Part shown: one piece after another, positions 20,327-31,631 of the stretch | How positions within the stretch are numbered: the first letter of the stretch is position 1 | Layout of the letters: every line of letters starts with the position of its first letter | Origin: Bigelowiella natans CCMP2755 | Taxonomy: Eukaryota; Protista; Cercozoa | Reading direction: 5' to 3' | Length of the DNA: 53,646 nt | Assembly (NCBI GenBank): GCA_000320545.1 | Contig: ADNK01000748.1 | Span: forward strand, 1 to 53,646 | Position numbers and translations under genes: made by a program | The notes under the pieces: model-generated | Told to the model about the DNA's origin: nothing | What the model saw: the letters and a program-made list of their open reading frames with translations, nothing else | Database searches by the model: none

Positions 20327-21095
20327 AATTATTTCTCAGATACCACACATCGAGCGTAAAGAGTGAGAATATGTACACTGCATTGGAGTCGTGCTGTTCA
20401 GGAGATTCACATGCAATAATGTAACAATAGAAATGGTGTACACTGTATATTTTGTATATATCTATATATATAGTATATACAGTGTGCACTGTGTCTATAG
20501 TTGTAAACTCAACCTTCAAACATTCACGACTATAGCAAGTACCCACGATGATATGAGATCTGACAGTAATTACAGGTGTGAAACTAACAACTGAGCACGT
20601 ATGCATACAAGCAGTCTCTTACATGAGCTGCATGTACACCTAGCTAGGCATGTATGTGTCATGATATTTGCGTTGTACGCGTGCAGCATGCGCAAATGCA
20701 GAACCATGCGCTCGGTAAATATGTAGCTAGCTTCATCACAGGCTCCATGCATGTCAACATGTCATCATCACATTTTCTAAAGTCATATTATTCATAGAAC
20801 TGCGAGTTTAGTTGCTTTTTGCTTTGGCAAATACCGGTGGTAAGAACAACAATAGATACTGTGTTATTGCAAGCGTAGGCGATGATTGCTTCACCACAAC
20901 AACTGCATCGTTCACTTTGCAGATGACACTGAAATAAGGGCCTCGTGCATGTAATGTAAATTGTCAATGATCAATCCTTAAGTTGCCAAGGATCGATCAC
21001 GGCGGTGTAACATTTGCAACATTTTGAAGAATATCGCTGCCATGCGAGACTTCAGAGTCCAAGGCCCCTCTAGCCCTCGCCTTTTATCATATTCA

Positions 21096-22052
21096 TCACC
21101 CGGAAATTTTCCAAGAATTCTGGGATGGCTTTCCATTTAGCGAACATTTTCGACGTTGCTTCTCCGCAAACGTTGCAGGCCCTTCTACTCGCTTCAGCAT
21201 TCCAACCTCCAGCTTGCGCATTTTCTGGATGAAATACGATAACTTGGCACCACTCTTCTCTAGGTCGCTGTTATATGCATGCTTCTGTCCCTGCGTTGGG
21301 AAAGTTTCTGTGGCGGAAGAGATCAAGAAATCGGCCGTTTCAGCTGTATCTTTCAACGCTAAATTCCCGCCTTGTCACGTGAATGGGGGGAAGACAGTGC
21401 AGGGCGACAATGAGGGGTAGATTCGGAACGTCAATCAACGAAGGGTCTGCCAGGAATTGGAAGAGAGGCTGAATTACGAGTTTAGAAATAGCATCCACGC
21501 AATCTTTGTAAGAGCCATCCCAACGATCTCCCAGTTCAGACACTTTTATCCTGAAGGTGTCGCTCCCAGGCCTGGATATCATTTCGAGATCAATACCGGC
21601 TCTAGCTAGCGTCTTCTGTCCGTCCTTGTCTACGTCCCATCCCGCCCCTTTTCGAAAAGATACAGGGGAGTGTTTCTATCCGGGGTCACTTATACTCGAA
21701 TGGCGATTTAGAGCGATTACGGAATTGCTTCCTCCGGCACTCTACATGTTTTTTTTTCTTACATACATACTCTCTACTTTCACTACAATATGCAGATTTT
21801 ACTCAGTACAAAGATGTGCAACACCTTGGTCTCGCTCCCTTGGATCGCGCTCGTACACATCGATTTTCGAAAATAGTGGCTGGCAGCGTACCGAAAAGAT
21901 CGATGCCGATCTCTATGAGGGCGTGCGTGTTCTCCCCCCTGTGCAAAAATATAATGGAATTTCTGCGCGATTGATGTTTCGGAGGCACGCGAGAGGATCC
22001 CCGCAACGCTCAGGCCTGCCGGCCCCCCTCCACGTATAAACACTCTCATCAA
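21096..22052 (-). pseudogene. Disrupted FAD-dependent monooxygenase (TetX/salicylate-hydroxylase-like class A flavoprotein)
   Basis: N-terminal VFIRGGGPAGLSVA (GxGxxG), then DVYERDPRERDQG|AGWDVDKDGQKTLARAG. The second FAD motif reads ALHCLPPFT*QGGNLALKD only after removing one base from the homopolymer at 21385-21390, and it contains a TGA (21375-21377). The central substrate domain appears to be missing. Confidence 0.75.
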
Positions 22053-22264
22053 AAAGAGATGTCTGTTGAGAGCACAGATTTAAAAAAAAAGATCTGTTCC
22101 ACACAGATTTAGGAACTTCAATGGATTTGGTATGTCTTTTACGCGAAATCACCTTCATATTTCAGTAAAAAAATCAGATCAAATTCCAGAGGATATTCCG
22201 AGAACGTCATTTGAATCTTCGTAAAACATTCGAAATTGCTGATTTCTGCATCCAGCAGCCAGCT

Positions 22265-22885
22265 ATGGACGACAGATGGACGTCTCGGTCTCATCTTCCC
22301 GTCCCCGTCAAACCAGTAGCATTTTCGAAGAAGAGGAGCAGAGGAGGAGGAGGAGGAGACGCAAACGTTAAGGCAGAAAAACAAAGTGCGTCATCATGCT
22401 TATCTTTTGTGACAACGATTGGCTTACCCTCTGCTAACATGTGTTCGAAGGGATGGAAAAGAAGAACAAAGCTGGGTGCTGGTTTTGTGCAAGGAGGCAA
22501 AGGAATTCCCTTCGACGTCGACTTCCACGAAAATATAATTTGTCTGGAATTTCAGAACTCACTGCGCATGCTTTGCGGCAGGACCCAGAGAAATCGTTAT
22601 CTTCATCGTCGTCACCGCCGTCTCATCACACATCATCCAAAATGCAAGATCGTCGGTTCCAGGTTCCCACGAGCTTTGATGTAGATGGTTCGAAACGTAG
22701 TAACTCCGTGATTGAGGAAGGTTCAATAGCGAATTTGAAAAAGAAAACCTTTGGTTCAGCTGCATGTAAACCGCCTTCGGAAGAGTCCCTCCTATCTCGT
22801 CTGCCTTTCCCAACATCCTCAAGCGGTAAATCGCATCTTTCGGGTGATATCCCCAGTAAAAATGCCGATTCAAAAGAAATTAGTA

Positions 22886-22926
<41 letters not shown>

Positions 22927-23133
22927 AATGCGGTCGAGGGGGATGGGTCTTTACCTGAGGGGGCTCTTGCAGCGGGCTGGGGTGCAATATGGGGTGGCTG
23001 TGAATGCGTTAGGAAGATTAGAAGGCGATCGAACAAGAAGTCCAGACCGCTTGGTGAAGAGGGCGATTATAGTAGTAGCAGTAGTTACGATTCTGACGAT
23101 GTTATAGAAGAGGATACATTTAGATTTATTTGA
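22265..23133 (+). CDS. Hypothetical low-complexity protein (Ser/Asp-rich), two exons
   Basis: ATG at 22265; the two overlapping ORFs join in frame through a 59-nt GC-AG intron (22497-22555). Poly-Asp from (GAT)n at 22888-22926; stop at 23131-23133. Confidence 0.5.
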
Positions 23134-23810
23134 TGAAATGATAAGTGATAACGTATGAGACGGATGTACGAAGTGATTAAATCTTGTCATCCTAAAATAA
23201 GCTATGCAGTAACATAGTTCGTGGTAATGATAGCAGCATCTGATTCATACTATTATTGTACTCGCTACTGGAGTGTATTAGTTTATGAGTTAACTGCATC
23301 GTGATGCAGCAGCACGCAGCGAAGGATGGAATGGTGCATGAGTCATTGGCGCAACGCACACGCAAATGAGACTATACGAGATAGCAATGATGTGGCACGG
23401 CGACTGTCGATCCGGAACACCGAAACAAGATCGATGTTCATTTCAGCACTACATGCATGCACACATGCAAATGGCGCTGCAACATTCATATAACGCGCGA
23501 GCAATCCAAATGCTCTGCTTGCATGTCATGTTTCGTATGCTGGCTTCTTGCTCGCTTGTGTAGTGTAGCAACGATTTGAAAACATCGCATCGCATGCATC
23601 TGTGTCTAGCCTGTGTGTGCTAGCGATGGCTCATTGCCTGCATCTTGCACACATACACAGATATACAGATGATCTTCCCATCAATGAAGCCCAAATGCAT
23701 TCATTGCAGATTTAACACATGATTAAATGTACAGAGTCATAATTTGCTTGATGCTTCTTAATTATGCTCAGATAGAAGAGTGCACACATTAAAAAGAACA
23801 GAAATATTCT

Positions 23811-24131
23811 TCAACGTGCTCCTGCAGCCCCAGGCACCGCGCTCCAGTATCGATTTCGAGTAGCAATCATTTGTGTCTGACGCCAGAAATTGGCAGCGAA
23901 CGCGTCCAAAGCTTTACCAGCACTTCTCTTTCCAGCTCGAGATGCCCGTTTTCGTTTCTTCGGAATCTATAAAGGCATTTTCTGTGAGCACAGTGTTATT
24001 TAATTTGAGTGGAAAATTGCACCGACCTCGATCTTTGTGGGATCCAACCCGTGAAAATGTTGCTGTTCATATGCGTAAAGACTTTCGATGTAGTACCACT
24101 TCAACCGGTAACTGGCATCCGTAACCTTTAT

Positions 24132-24199
<68 letters not shown>

Positions 24200-25816
24200 T
24201 AATATTTATATATTATATGCTGAACGCTCCTCTGCAAACGTGAGTAGGTTTCATGAGACCTTGCGATTTTTGCTATTTTCCAAAGTACGGAATATTTTTG
24301 ACCAGGTGCCTAAATAGTGAACATTCTTTAATTATGAGAAGTCCGCATAATTGTAGTATCATACCTGGTTTGCTAACAACGGCTTTATAGCCGCCTCGGT
24401 AAATCACTTCCCGGTAGAGCCTGTAAAGATCCAGATCCTTTCCTCCCTAAGAAAAGTGGATAAATTCAATCTGGACACAAGATATGCAATAGTTCACTCA
24501 CCAAGAGAGGTTTCTTAAGGCTTGGGAGATTATGTTTCGAAAGAAACGAGCTTAAATGGTTTGAAAATTCCTCTTTCTCTTGCTCATAGCTCTTGTCGTG
24601 CTCCTCGCCTTCGAGAAGCACCTGCAAAACAGCCATTAGGGTATTGTTCGGAAACTAAAATAAATCATTACCTCTCCATCTCGTAGGATTTCTTCTCCAG
24701 CTTCACAAGATGAAAATTTATCATTCGAATTTTCTGAGCAATTCCATTTGGCCATTGACTCGAATGGTAGGCAACATGCCACTCGCCGCCATCGCTTGCA
24801 CTCGACACAACTTTTAAAGAGAATGCGCATATTGTCGTTAGCAGTGCATCCATTTTAAAGAATGATGTAGAAAATTCATGTCAGTCGAATGATGAAGAAT
24901 GAATAACCTAATCCAACGGCTTTTGATCCATGAATCGGAATTCGAAGGTTTGTAGACACTAGATCTCACTCGATCATGATCAAGGCACTTGAATCCCTCG
25001 GAATCAGACGCCTTCTGTTGTTCGAAATTGTCAGTTCTATTCGTGAATCACGGTGATATTAAGAAATCACCTTTTCAGGGGAGTCTCCCGATTCTTGGCT
25101 CTCTAACTTTCTCTTGCGTGAAGTAGATGACTTGCCAGAGTTATCGCCTTTTTTCCCTTCGTGGTCTTTTGTGAATGACTTGATAGTTTGGCTGTGGGCA
25201 CTAAATAATTCCGGGTCCACGAAAGGAAGTGAACCATATTTCGTTGCGTCTCCTTCCATCTAGGTTAAACAGATAGAATTTATACATAGAGTTTATATTA
25301 TATGCGAGAATAATTGCAATTTTATTCGATGGGAAAATCCGAATAAGCTTTTGGGAGTCTGTGGTGAGCAACTGTAGCGAACTGTTGAAAATTCCAGTCA
25401 ACCGACTAAACTATATTGAATAGTTTATCCTAAATTTTCTTCTAGCATGAGTTTAGTATGGTGGCATTCTCTCATTTGCCTTTGTTACGGATCAATGCAG
25501 AATGTCCATGATAGCACCTTCGCGCGATGGCGCCTTGCTACGAACACTGTGTTTCTCGTTTGATTGTAGCGACAACAAAAATTACTAATAATTTAATGAA
25601 AATGACCTCCAACTCCCCAAATTGTAATTCTGACTTCCTGGAAAAATCGTTTCCCAATTCGTCAAGATAATTTGCCAAATGATCATCTACGATCGTACGA
25701 AGGAATACCGATATCCTTTTTATGTCGCTATCAAGATTTCCCATTGATTTATCGCAAATAAATTCCGACATACGCAGTCGCACATAGTGTTCACGGGCTT
25801 CGAAGCTTGCAAGCAA
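23811..25816 (-). CDS. Multi-exon chromatin protein with CW-type zinc finger and ARID DNA-binding domain; start uncertain
   Basis: Spliced translation RWI|SCVECKRWRRV..KWNCSEN..SCEAGEE (zf-CW), then EEFSNHLSSFL..KKPLL|GGKDLDLYRLYREVIYRGGYKAV..G|TWSKIF..|VTDASYRLKWYYIESLYAYE (ARID); stop TGA at 23811-23813. Confidence 0.88.
24135..24193. repeat. (AT)n microsatellite in an intron
   Basis: About 29 uninterrupted AT units. Confidence 0.95.
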
Positions 25817-25954
25817 GCCTCCTCAAGATTTCCAGAATTAACCACAGTTTCTCCATGTACGACACACGATTTCACTGAAGGAGATGAGAGTCTCGAGTCG
25901 GCTGGCAACTGTGCGGGATATTATGCCATTTTTGATATACGACAATGGAGTAGC

Positions 25955-26127
25955 ATGTCGCAAGTACTGCATCGTCTCCCTTCTGTTGCCGATGCATTCT
26001 GCCAAAAAGGCCGCTTCCCTACGAAGTCGATCTCTTCACAATGGTTTGCATCGATCGAATCTAAAGATTTAAATAGGGTTCTATTGTCATTGAATTCTTT
26101 TAACATATGTGTATGTATGTGTGTGTT

Positions 26128-26172
<45 letters not shown>

Positions 26173-27658
26173 TTGCTCTCTCTTTCTCTCTCTCTCTCTC
26201 TCCTTTGTCAGGCGTATATCTCTCCCGATGTTAGGAAGAGTTTCGAGCGTATTCGAAGAATCAGCACCCATATCAACCCTTCCATCGACCAGGAACGATG
26301 CAGTGTGTCTGGGGAACGGTGTGCTATGTCTGGAGGTCTGAAACCGAAAGCGATGACCTTGACGTTGGCACATGAGTCTGAAGGAGTTTTGACTCAAGAG
26401 CAAAGAGCCGCTTACGAAAGAGATGGATTCCTGGTTGTCAAGGGCTTGGTATCAGATGAAGACATTGAAATCTACCGTAAGAGATTCGTCGAAATATGCA
26501 CGAACAAGAAGGAGCGAGTCCCCAGTATGCTTGTCATGAGGGACATCAGCTCAACCGATAAGGCCAATAAGTATGTTTCTCGCAATGAAAGTTATTTGTA
26601 CCGACCGACACATTTTATTGAAATAATCCTTTAGGGTGGGAGAAAATGCTATCACTAAGATTCAAGACTTCCAGGATGATCCTATCCTGTTCAGGTGGAG
26701 TGTCAATAATTTAGAAACATTTTGACGTTGACGATAACTCCTATGACTTCTTATTAGATATTGCACACACCCTAAAATCCTACGTTATGCGCGCTGTTTT
26801 ACTGGAAAAGAAATTAAGAGCGTGCATACAATGCTGATACAAAAACCACCTCAAAAGCAGCCTGAGACGGGCCGCCACCCATTCCATCAAGGTTGATACT
26901 ATTGCTATTTCCTCATCCGTGCTTGCAAATATCCGAACCCTTCCTCTGACATCTGTTACATCTTACCCTAAACTTATTCTATCAATCTATCAATCAAATA
27001 CATTTAAACTGTGCTTCTCGTAGATCTTTATTACTTTCCATTCCGGCCTGTCGATCGCATAGTGTGTGCGTGGACCGCAATGGAGCTGGTTGATCGTAGA
27101 AATGGATGCCTAAGCGTATATCCCGGTTCCCATAGATGGAATGGAGGTGGAAAGAGAAGAAGAAGATGCATCAAAAAAAGTTTCGATTTCTATTCAGTCT
27201 CTACCACTATGCACCGATTGTTGTCTCCAATTTCTCCGCCCTCCCCGTCCACTTACATATCTCTCTCATTGCACCTTTACATCCATGCAGGAAAACTTCG
27301 GCCTCATTCCTACCCAGAGTTCATGGTGAATAAAGCCTACTACTGCATCGAAAAGTTTGACATAAACTCCAAGCCACGCATACACTTGGTGATGGAGAAA
27401 GGTCAAATTGGAGATCACTGCTGATATTGATTGTTTTGCGATGTTGTTCGCCAAGACTTCCAACGGATAAGAGAGAAAATCATGAATAATTTCTGCATCG
27501 AAAGTCCATGAAATAGAAACTAAGTTTTACTGTACTATTAGGTGATACCGTATTCTTCCATCCGCTGCTAATTCATGGCTCTGGTGCAAACCGTACCAAA
27601 CGTTATCGTAAGGTGAAGTAAACACATTCAAGTCCGATTTTAAATACTTCTATTACAT

Positions 27659-27705
<47 letters not shown>

Positions 27706-28027
27706 TATAGCACACATATTCGATATTGTTTAACAGGCGATAAGTTGTCACTATTCGAATGCGAAAAGCAAATACATCGACGTCGAAGGGACAATTCAGG
27801 AAGGCATGGCTAGGGAACTTGAAGCTGCATACAAAAAGAATGCAAAGAAGTTTGGATTGAGTAACGGTGAGCTTCAAATCCAAGACTTGGTGAGTTATCT
27901 GTTGAAAAAAAAATGTTTGCCGATCTTATTTTACTTACGCTATCACAGCATTGTACGAATTTATTCTTTATTTATCATACTATAGTGGAGGTGGAAGTCT
28001 AGGATCATTAAGGACAAAAGCTCGTAA
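25955..28027 (+). CDS. PHYH: Phytanoyl-CoA dioxygenase (2OG-Fe(II) PhyH family), multi-exon; first exon tentative (alternative ATG at 26326)
   Basis: [45 protein letters not shown]|[47 protein letters not shown]|AISCHY (HxD..H..R triad); WRWKSRII with TAA at 28025-28027. Confidence 0.93.
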
Positions 28028-28308
28028 GTTATGTCTGGCACATGGACTTTGATTCTGATTCTAATGATAGTTCAAGTAGTGGGTATTGCATGCATCTCGT
28101 ATCACAGCAGTCATCAGACACGCTCTAGACGCTGCCAGCTACTTCACTATGCATGCTTGATCGTTGCATTAACAATGCACGCGACCCGGACGTTGACTGA
28201 TATATTGCCCGCCTAGCACCACCTAAATTGCATGCCATTGCCATGCACACAGTGCTCTAGTGCTGCCGAGCAAGTTGCCAAGTTGTGCCTAATGCAATGA
28301 ACATGCGG

Positions 28309-28684
28309 CTATGTCTGGATGGTCTCGCACACATTCAGTAGCTCCCCTGCTGCCTGCCCTCGCAGATCTGTGTGGCATCGCGTGCCCATTTGGACATGAC
28401 ACTTGCTACGGCAACTTTTCATCGGACGCACTTCTCCATGCATGGAGACCCACATGGGAGAATCAATGTTGTCAAAATCCATTTCACAGGAGACTGCAAT
28501 GCTCCAATTTTCCAGTCTTGTCGCTGAGGTCAAACAAACAACACCTTGTTGGAGATTGCAAATTCACAAACAAACAGCCCACTTTTGCGTCACAGTTGGG
28601 GGCGTGAACGAATGGATTGTCAGGGAGGCAACTCAGAGTCAGGGAATGAGGAGAGACTTCCCGAATCTCCAATGACACCTACGA
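28309..28684 (-). pseudogene. Decayed inverted paralog of the RBR gene's upstream region and first codons
   Basis: The ATG at 28482 aligns to ATG 16748; MDFDNIDSPMWVSMHGEVRP vs MSYWPEWVSDWDSDRP (P.WVS.....RP); the upstream ~200 nt is homologous; no TA from 28409 to 28679. Confidence 0.7.
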
Positions 28685-28938
28685 GCGAATAGCATTCCCA
28701 TTTTTCAGAACAATCGGTAAATTGTTCCGTCAAACAACAAACAGCCTGCGAATGAAAGCACAGGCGTCAGCTAGATCGCGGCAGCACTCGACTCTTGTCG
28801 ATTGGCTTTCCCGGAGAGAAGCCAGCATCCGAGTTTCGCAGCACAGTTCCGTGAGATTTCTTCGAAAGTTCCAGTTGATTTCCAGTCCCAGAAATTGGCA
28901 TTAATTTATAACTTGCGACAAGCCAACTGAGGACATAA

Positions 28939-29761
28939 ATGGACAATGACCGGATCAGATCGAGAACCTTCTGTACTCCGAAGACTCCCACATTCCCTCC
29001 GTCTCACCCCGGTACATCGAGACAGCCAAAGCGATGAGTAGAGGCGTCGACGAGGACAAGAGAGGTGCATTCGTGGTCGGGGACTGCGTTAAGGTGGTAT
29101 AGTACAGCCAAAAAATCACACACACACACACACTGAAGAGCGAATTCTTTATTGTTCTCTAGATCACGGTCTTCAAAAATAGTTGCGTCCCAAGAGGATA
29201 TAGAGCTTACACCAGTAGTGTGCAATCCACCAATGGCAAGAAGGCAAAAATCGTAGGCTTCGAAGGGGAGGATATAGCTTATTTAAGGACTGCTGAGAAC
29301 CGAAAGGCACAGTGGAAAATTCGAAAGGTCAATGCAAAAGACATGAGGAAGGTTGCTCGAAAGGTCTGTGGGTTCCATGATGCATTAGTTGACATCCTTT
29401 TTGAGTACGCGACTCTACGCTTTCACAAGGTAGTGCTTCATATTCACAGGAATCGTTTAGGTGAGTCTAATGGAACCTCATGAGATTTTTTTTTGAATTC
29501 AGTGGATGAAAGCCGGAGTGCATGTTTCCAAGGTAATTCATCTTGTCCCCATCAATTGCATCAAGGTGAAGATGTTCTGTATCAAATTGTTATTTTGGAA
29601 ACTAATGAAACGAATTTCATCAGCACACAAATTCTTTGAGCCCTTCTCATCATGAACCGAAGCCCAGGAAGCGCAATCCCCAGAACCCAGACTGTCACAC
29701 ATGTTCTTCATTGAAATCGTGGGGAATTGACACTTTTTGTTCCGTGTGTGCGAGAAATTAG
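28939..29761 (+). pseudogene. Hypothetical spliced gene, probably disrupted, possibly ending in a CxxC..CxxC motif
   Basis: ATG at 28939 with an in-frame TGA at 29035 (possibly from CGA). GT-AG introns lead into ITVFKNS..GKKAKIVGFEGEDIAYLRT..LRFHK; one plausible last exon gives DCHTC..FCSVCARN*. No family recognised. Confidence 0.35.
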
Positions 29762-30960
29762 GAGATTGGATCAAGCAACAGAAAAATGAATTTCGACAAA
29801 TGAATTTGCATGATTGCAGTTGTGTTGCGCAGCGCTGACAACACAACTGTGCAATGTGTGCTTTGACAATGCTTTGATGCCACAAAACTGAAACCCTGTT
29901 GAGCATGCAACATGATCTGAGCATGCATGTGCACACCACAAAAGGACAAAGCTCACCGCTTGCTTGCGGGTCGTTTGGAGTGTGCTGAACCAGCTGGTTG
30001 CGCGCCAATGCACATCGTGTGCTGGGCACACAGCGTCCCCAGCAGCAACATGCCACGCAGTCGCAGTTGCCCAAAACATTGGGGAAAGTGTGGGCCATTT
30101 TTCCCTGCAATGTCATGATGCGCAGGCCGACTACTTGTCGCAAACAAAATGCCGAGGGTGCTCCTAGGAACATCCACGGTTGGGGAAATGACCGAGATGG
30201 ATGTTCCCGGTTGCATGCGCCCCCTCTAGCCCTCCTGTGACCATGTTTCTGGGCATGCAACTCACGTTGCATGCCCCTGTGTGACCAACCATGCCACAGG
30301 AACGATGGCCTGAACCCACATGAGCATGCTCACAGAAAGTGTTGGACACAATGAAGCACAACGTGCACCACCATTTGCACTGTGCATGTGCATGCGCGCT
30401 TGCATGCATTTGGTGGTCGCAAACTGACCACAATGATGTGCAACAAGCAAGAACCTGGTTGCATCGTGGGTTCTGATTTGCACAAATTGACAGCACGTCT
30501 AGACACATCTGTCAATTTGATGACACGAGTCGCCATGACTGTCAATTCGAATGCACATGAGCTTGTCCAATGAGGGCCACATCATGGACAACACAATGTG
30601 GCATGTGAACATGCATGCATGTGCAATGCAAAAATGAGATCACTGCAGCCGCTGCCTTGCACAGCAACACTGGGATGACCATTGAAAAGATTTGACCATT
30701 TTGTCAGACCCATCTCATGAGATCACTGTGTCCATCATCCATGCATGTCAAAATGTGTCGACCATCGTGCATCACATTGGCCATGAGTGTGCGTGGAGCT
30801 TCTACTTGTTGGCACAGCTAGATGGCATGATGGCCATTTGCGCCGCTCATGCCGCCACTCGTCAGTGTCACAATTTCGATCGGTCGGTTTGTGTGCATCA
30901 CCATGAAATGTGATTCGCACCAAATTGCTCTCTCTAGTGCAGCACGAGACACGAGAGCAG
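29762..30960. other. TpA-depleted, TG/CA-saturated non-coding block
   Basis: Only 7 TA in ~1200 nt by manual scan, all preceded by C. Confidence 0.85.
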
Positions 30961-31252
30961 TGCATCACTACGTGTCTCGGTGCTGCGCACTACCGTGGCG
31001 CATGGCGTGGACAGTTAACACAAAAATGAAGTAGATTTCACATTGCAATGTGCAGAAATCGTTGCAAAGTGTTGAACGTTCGAACATGCTATGTTGCTGA
31101 TCACATGCATCAGTACATTGAAAGAATCTGAGGAAATTCGATTTGTATTTACCTCAAAAAGATGATGTCGTTGCATGCATTCTCTATGTATGGCTAAGAT
31201 CGTCATTCTTATTTGTGACCTCATGAATGTATTGGATTTGTATTCAGTACAC

Positions 31253-31581
31253 TTAGCCCCCATCAAACCCAGATGCGAACTGAGAGATGATTTCAAGATC
31301 TTCCAGATCATTTTTTAGAGTTTTCTGGCTAGCTACGTCCCCTTTCAGAACCTTCTTCATCAGCTTTTGGCGTTTTCTGGGCGATATTCTGACTGGTTCG
31401 CTCTTGTCGGGCCTGAAACCAATAGTTTGCATTCTCAGATTCCCCGAAAACAAGCAATAATAGCCGCAAAGGCCGGAACACGAACTAATTTATACATACT
31501 CGCGAGTTTTGATTTGCTCCTCCAACATCTCCTCAACCCGCTCGTAGTGTGATTGATCAATTTCCCCCTAATGAGAGAGAC

Positions 31582-31631
<50 letters not shown>

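Noticed and set aside
24668-24853. ORF containing EWHVAYHSS, resembling an ART/NEURL4-type WHVAYHGT motif
   Set aside because: It is an alternative frame of the zf-CW exon; splice phases on both sides support the CVECKRWR frame.
25955-28027. The 2OG-Fe(II) dioxygenase as the enzyme behind the TA signature
   Set aside because: Motifs are those of ordinary peroxisomal PhyH, not TET/JBP or AlkB; adjacency is uninformative in a eukaryote.
30226-30276. Hairpin plus CTAG as a Helitron 3' end on the minus strand
   Set aside because: The spacer is ~21 nt, the base after CTAG is A rather than T, and no 5' TC end or Rep/helicase is found.
29538-31034. Many overlapping Cys/His-rich ORFs on both strands, including a 244-aa one
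   Set aside because: Artefact of TA loss: TAA/TAG stops and Tyr codons vanish while TGY/CAY codons rise. TGA-only stops are therefore not evidence of recoding or selenocysteine.
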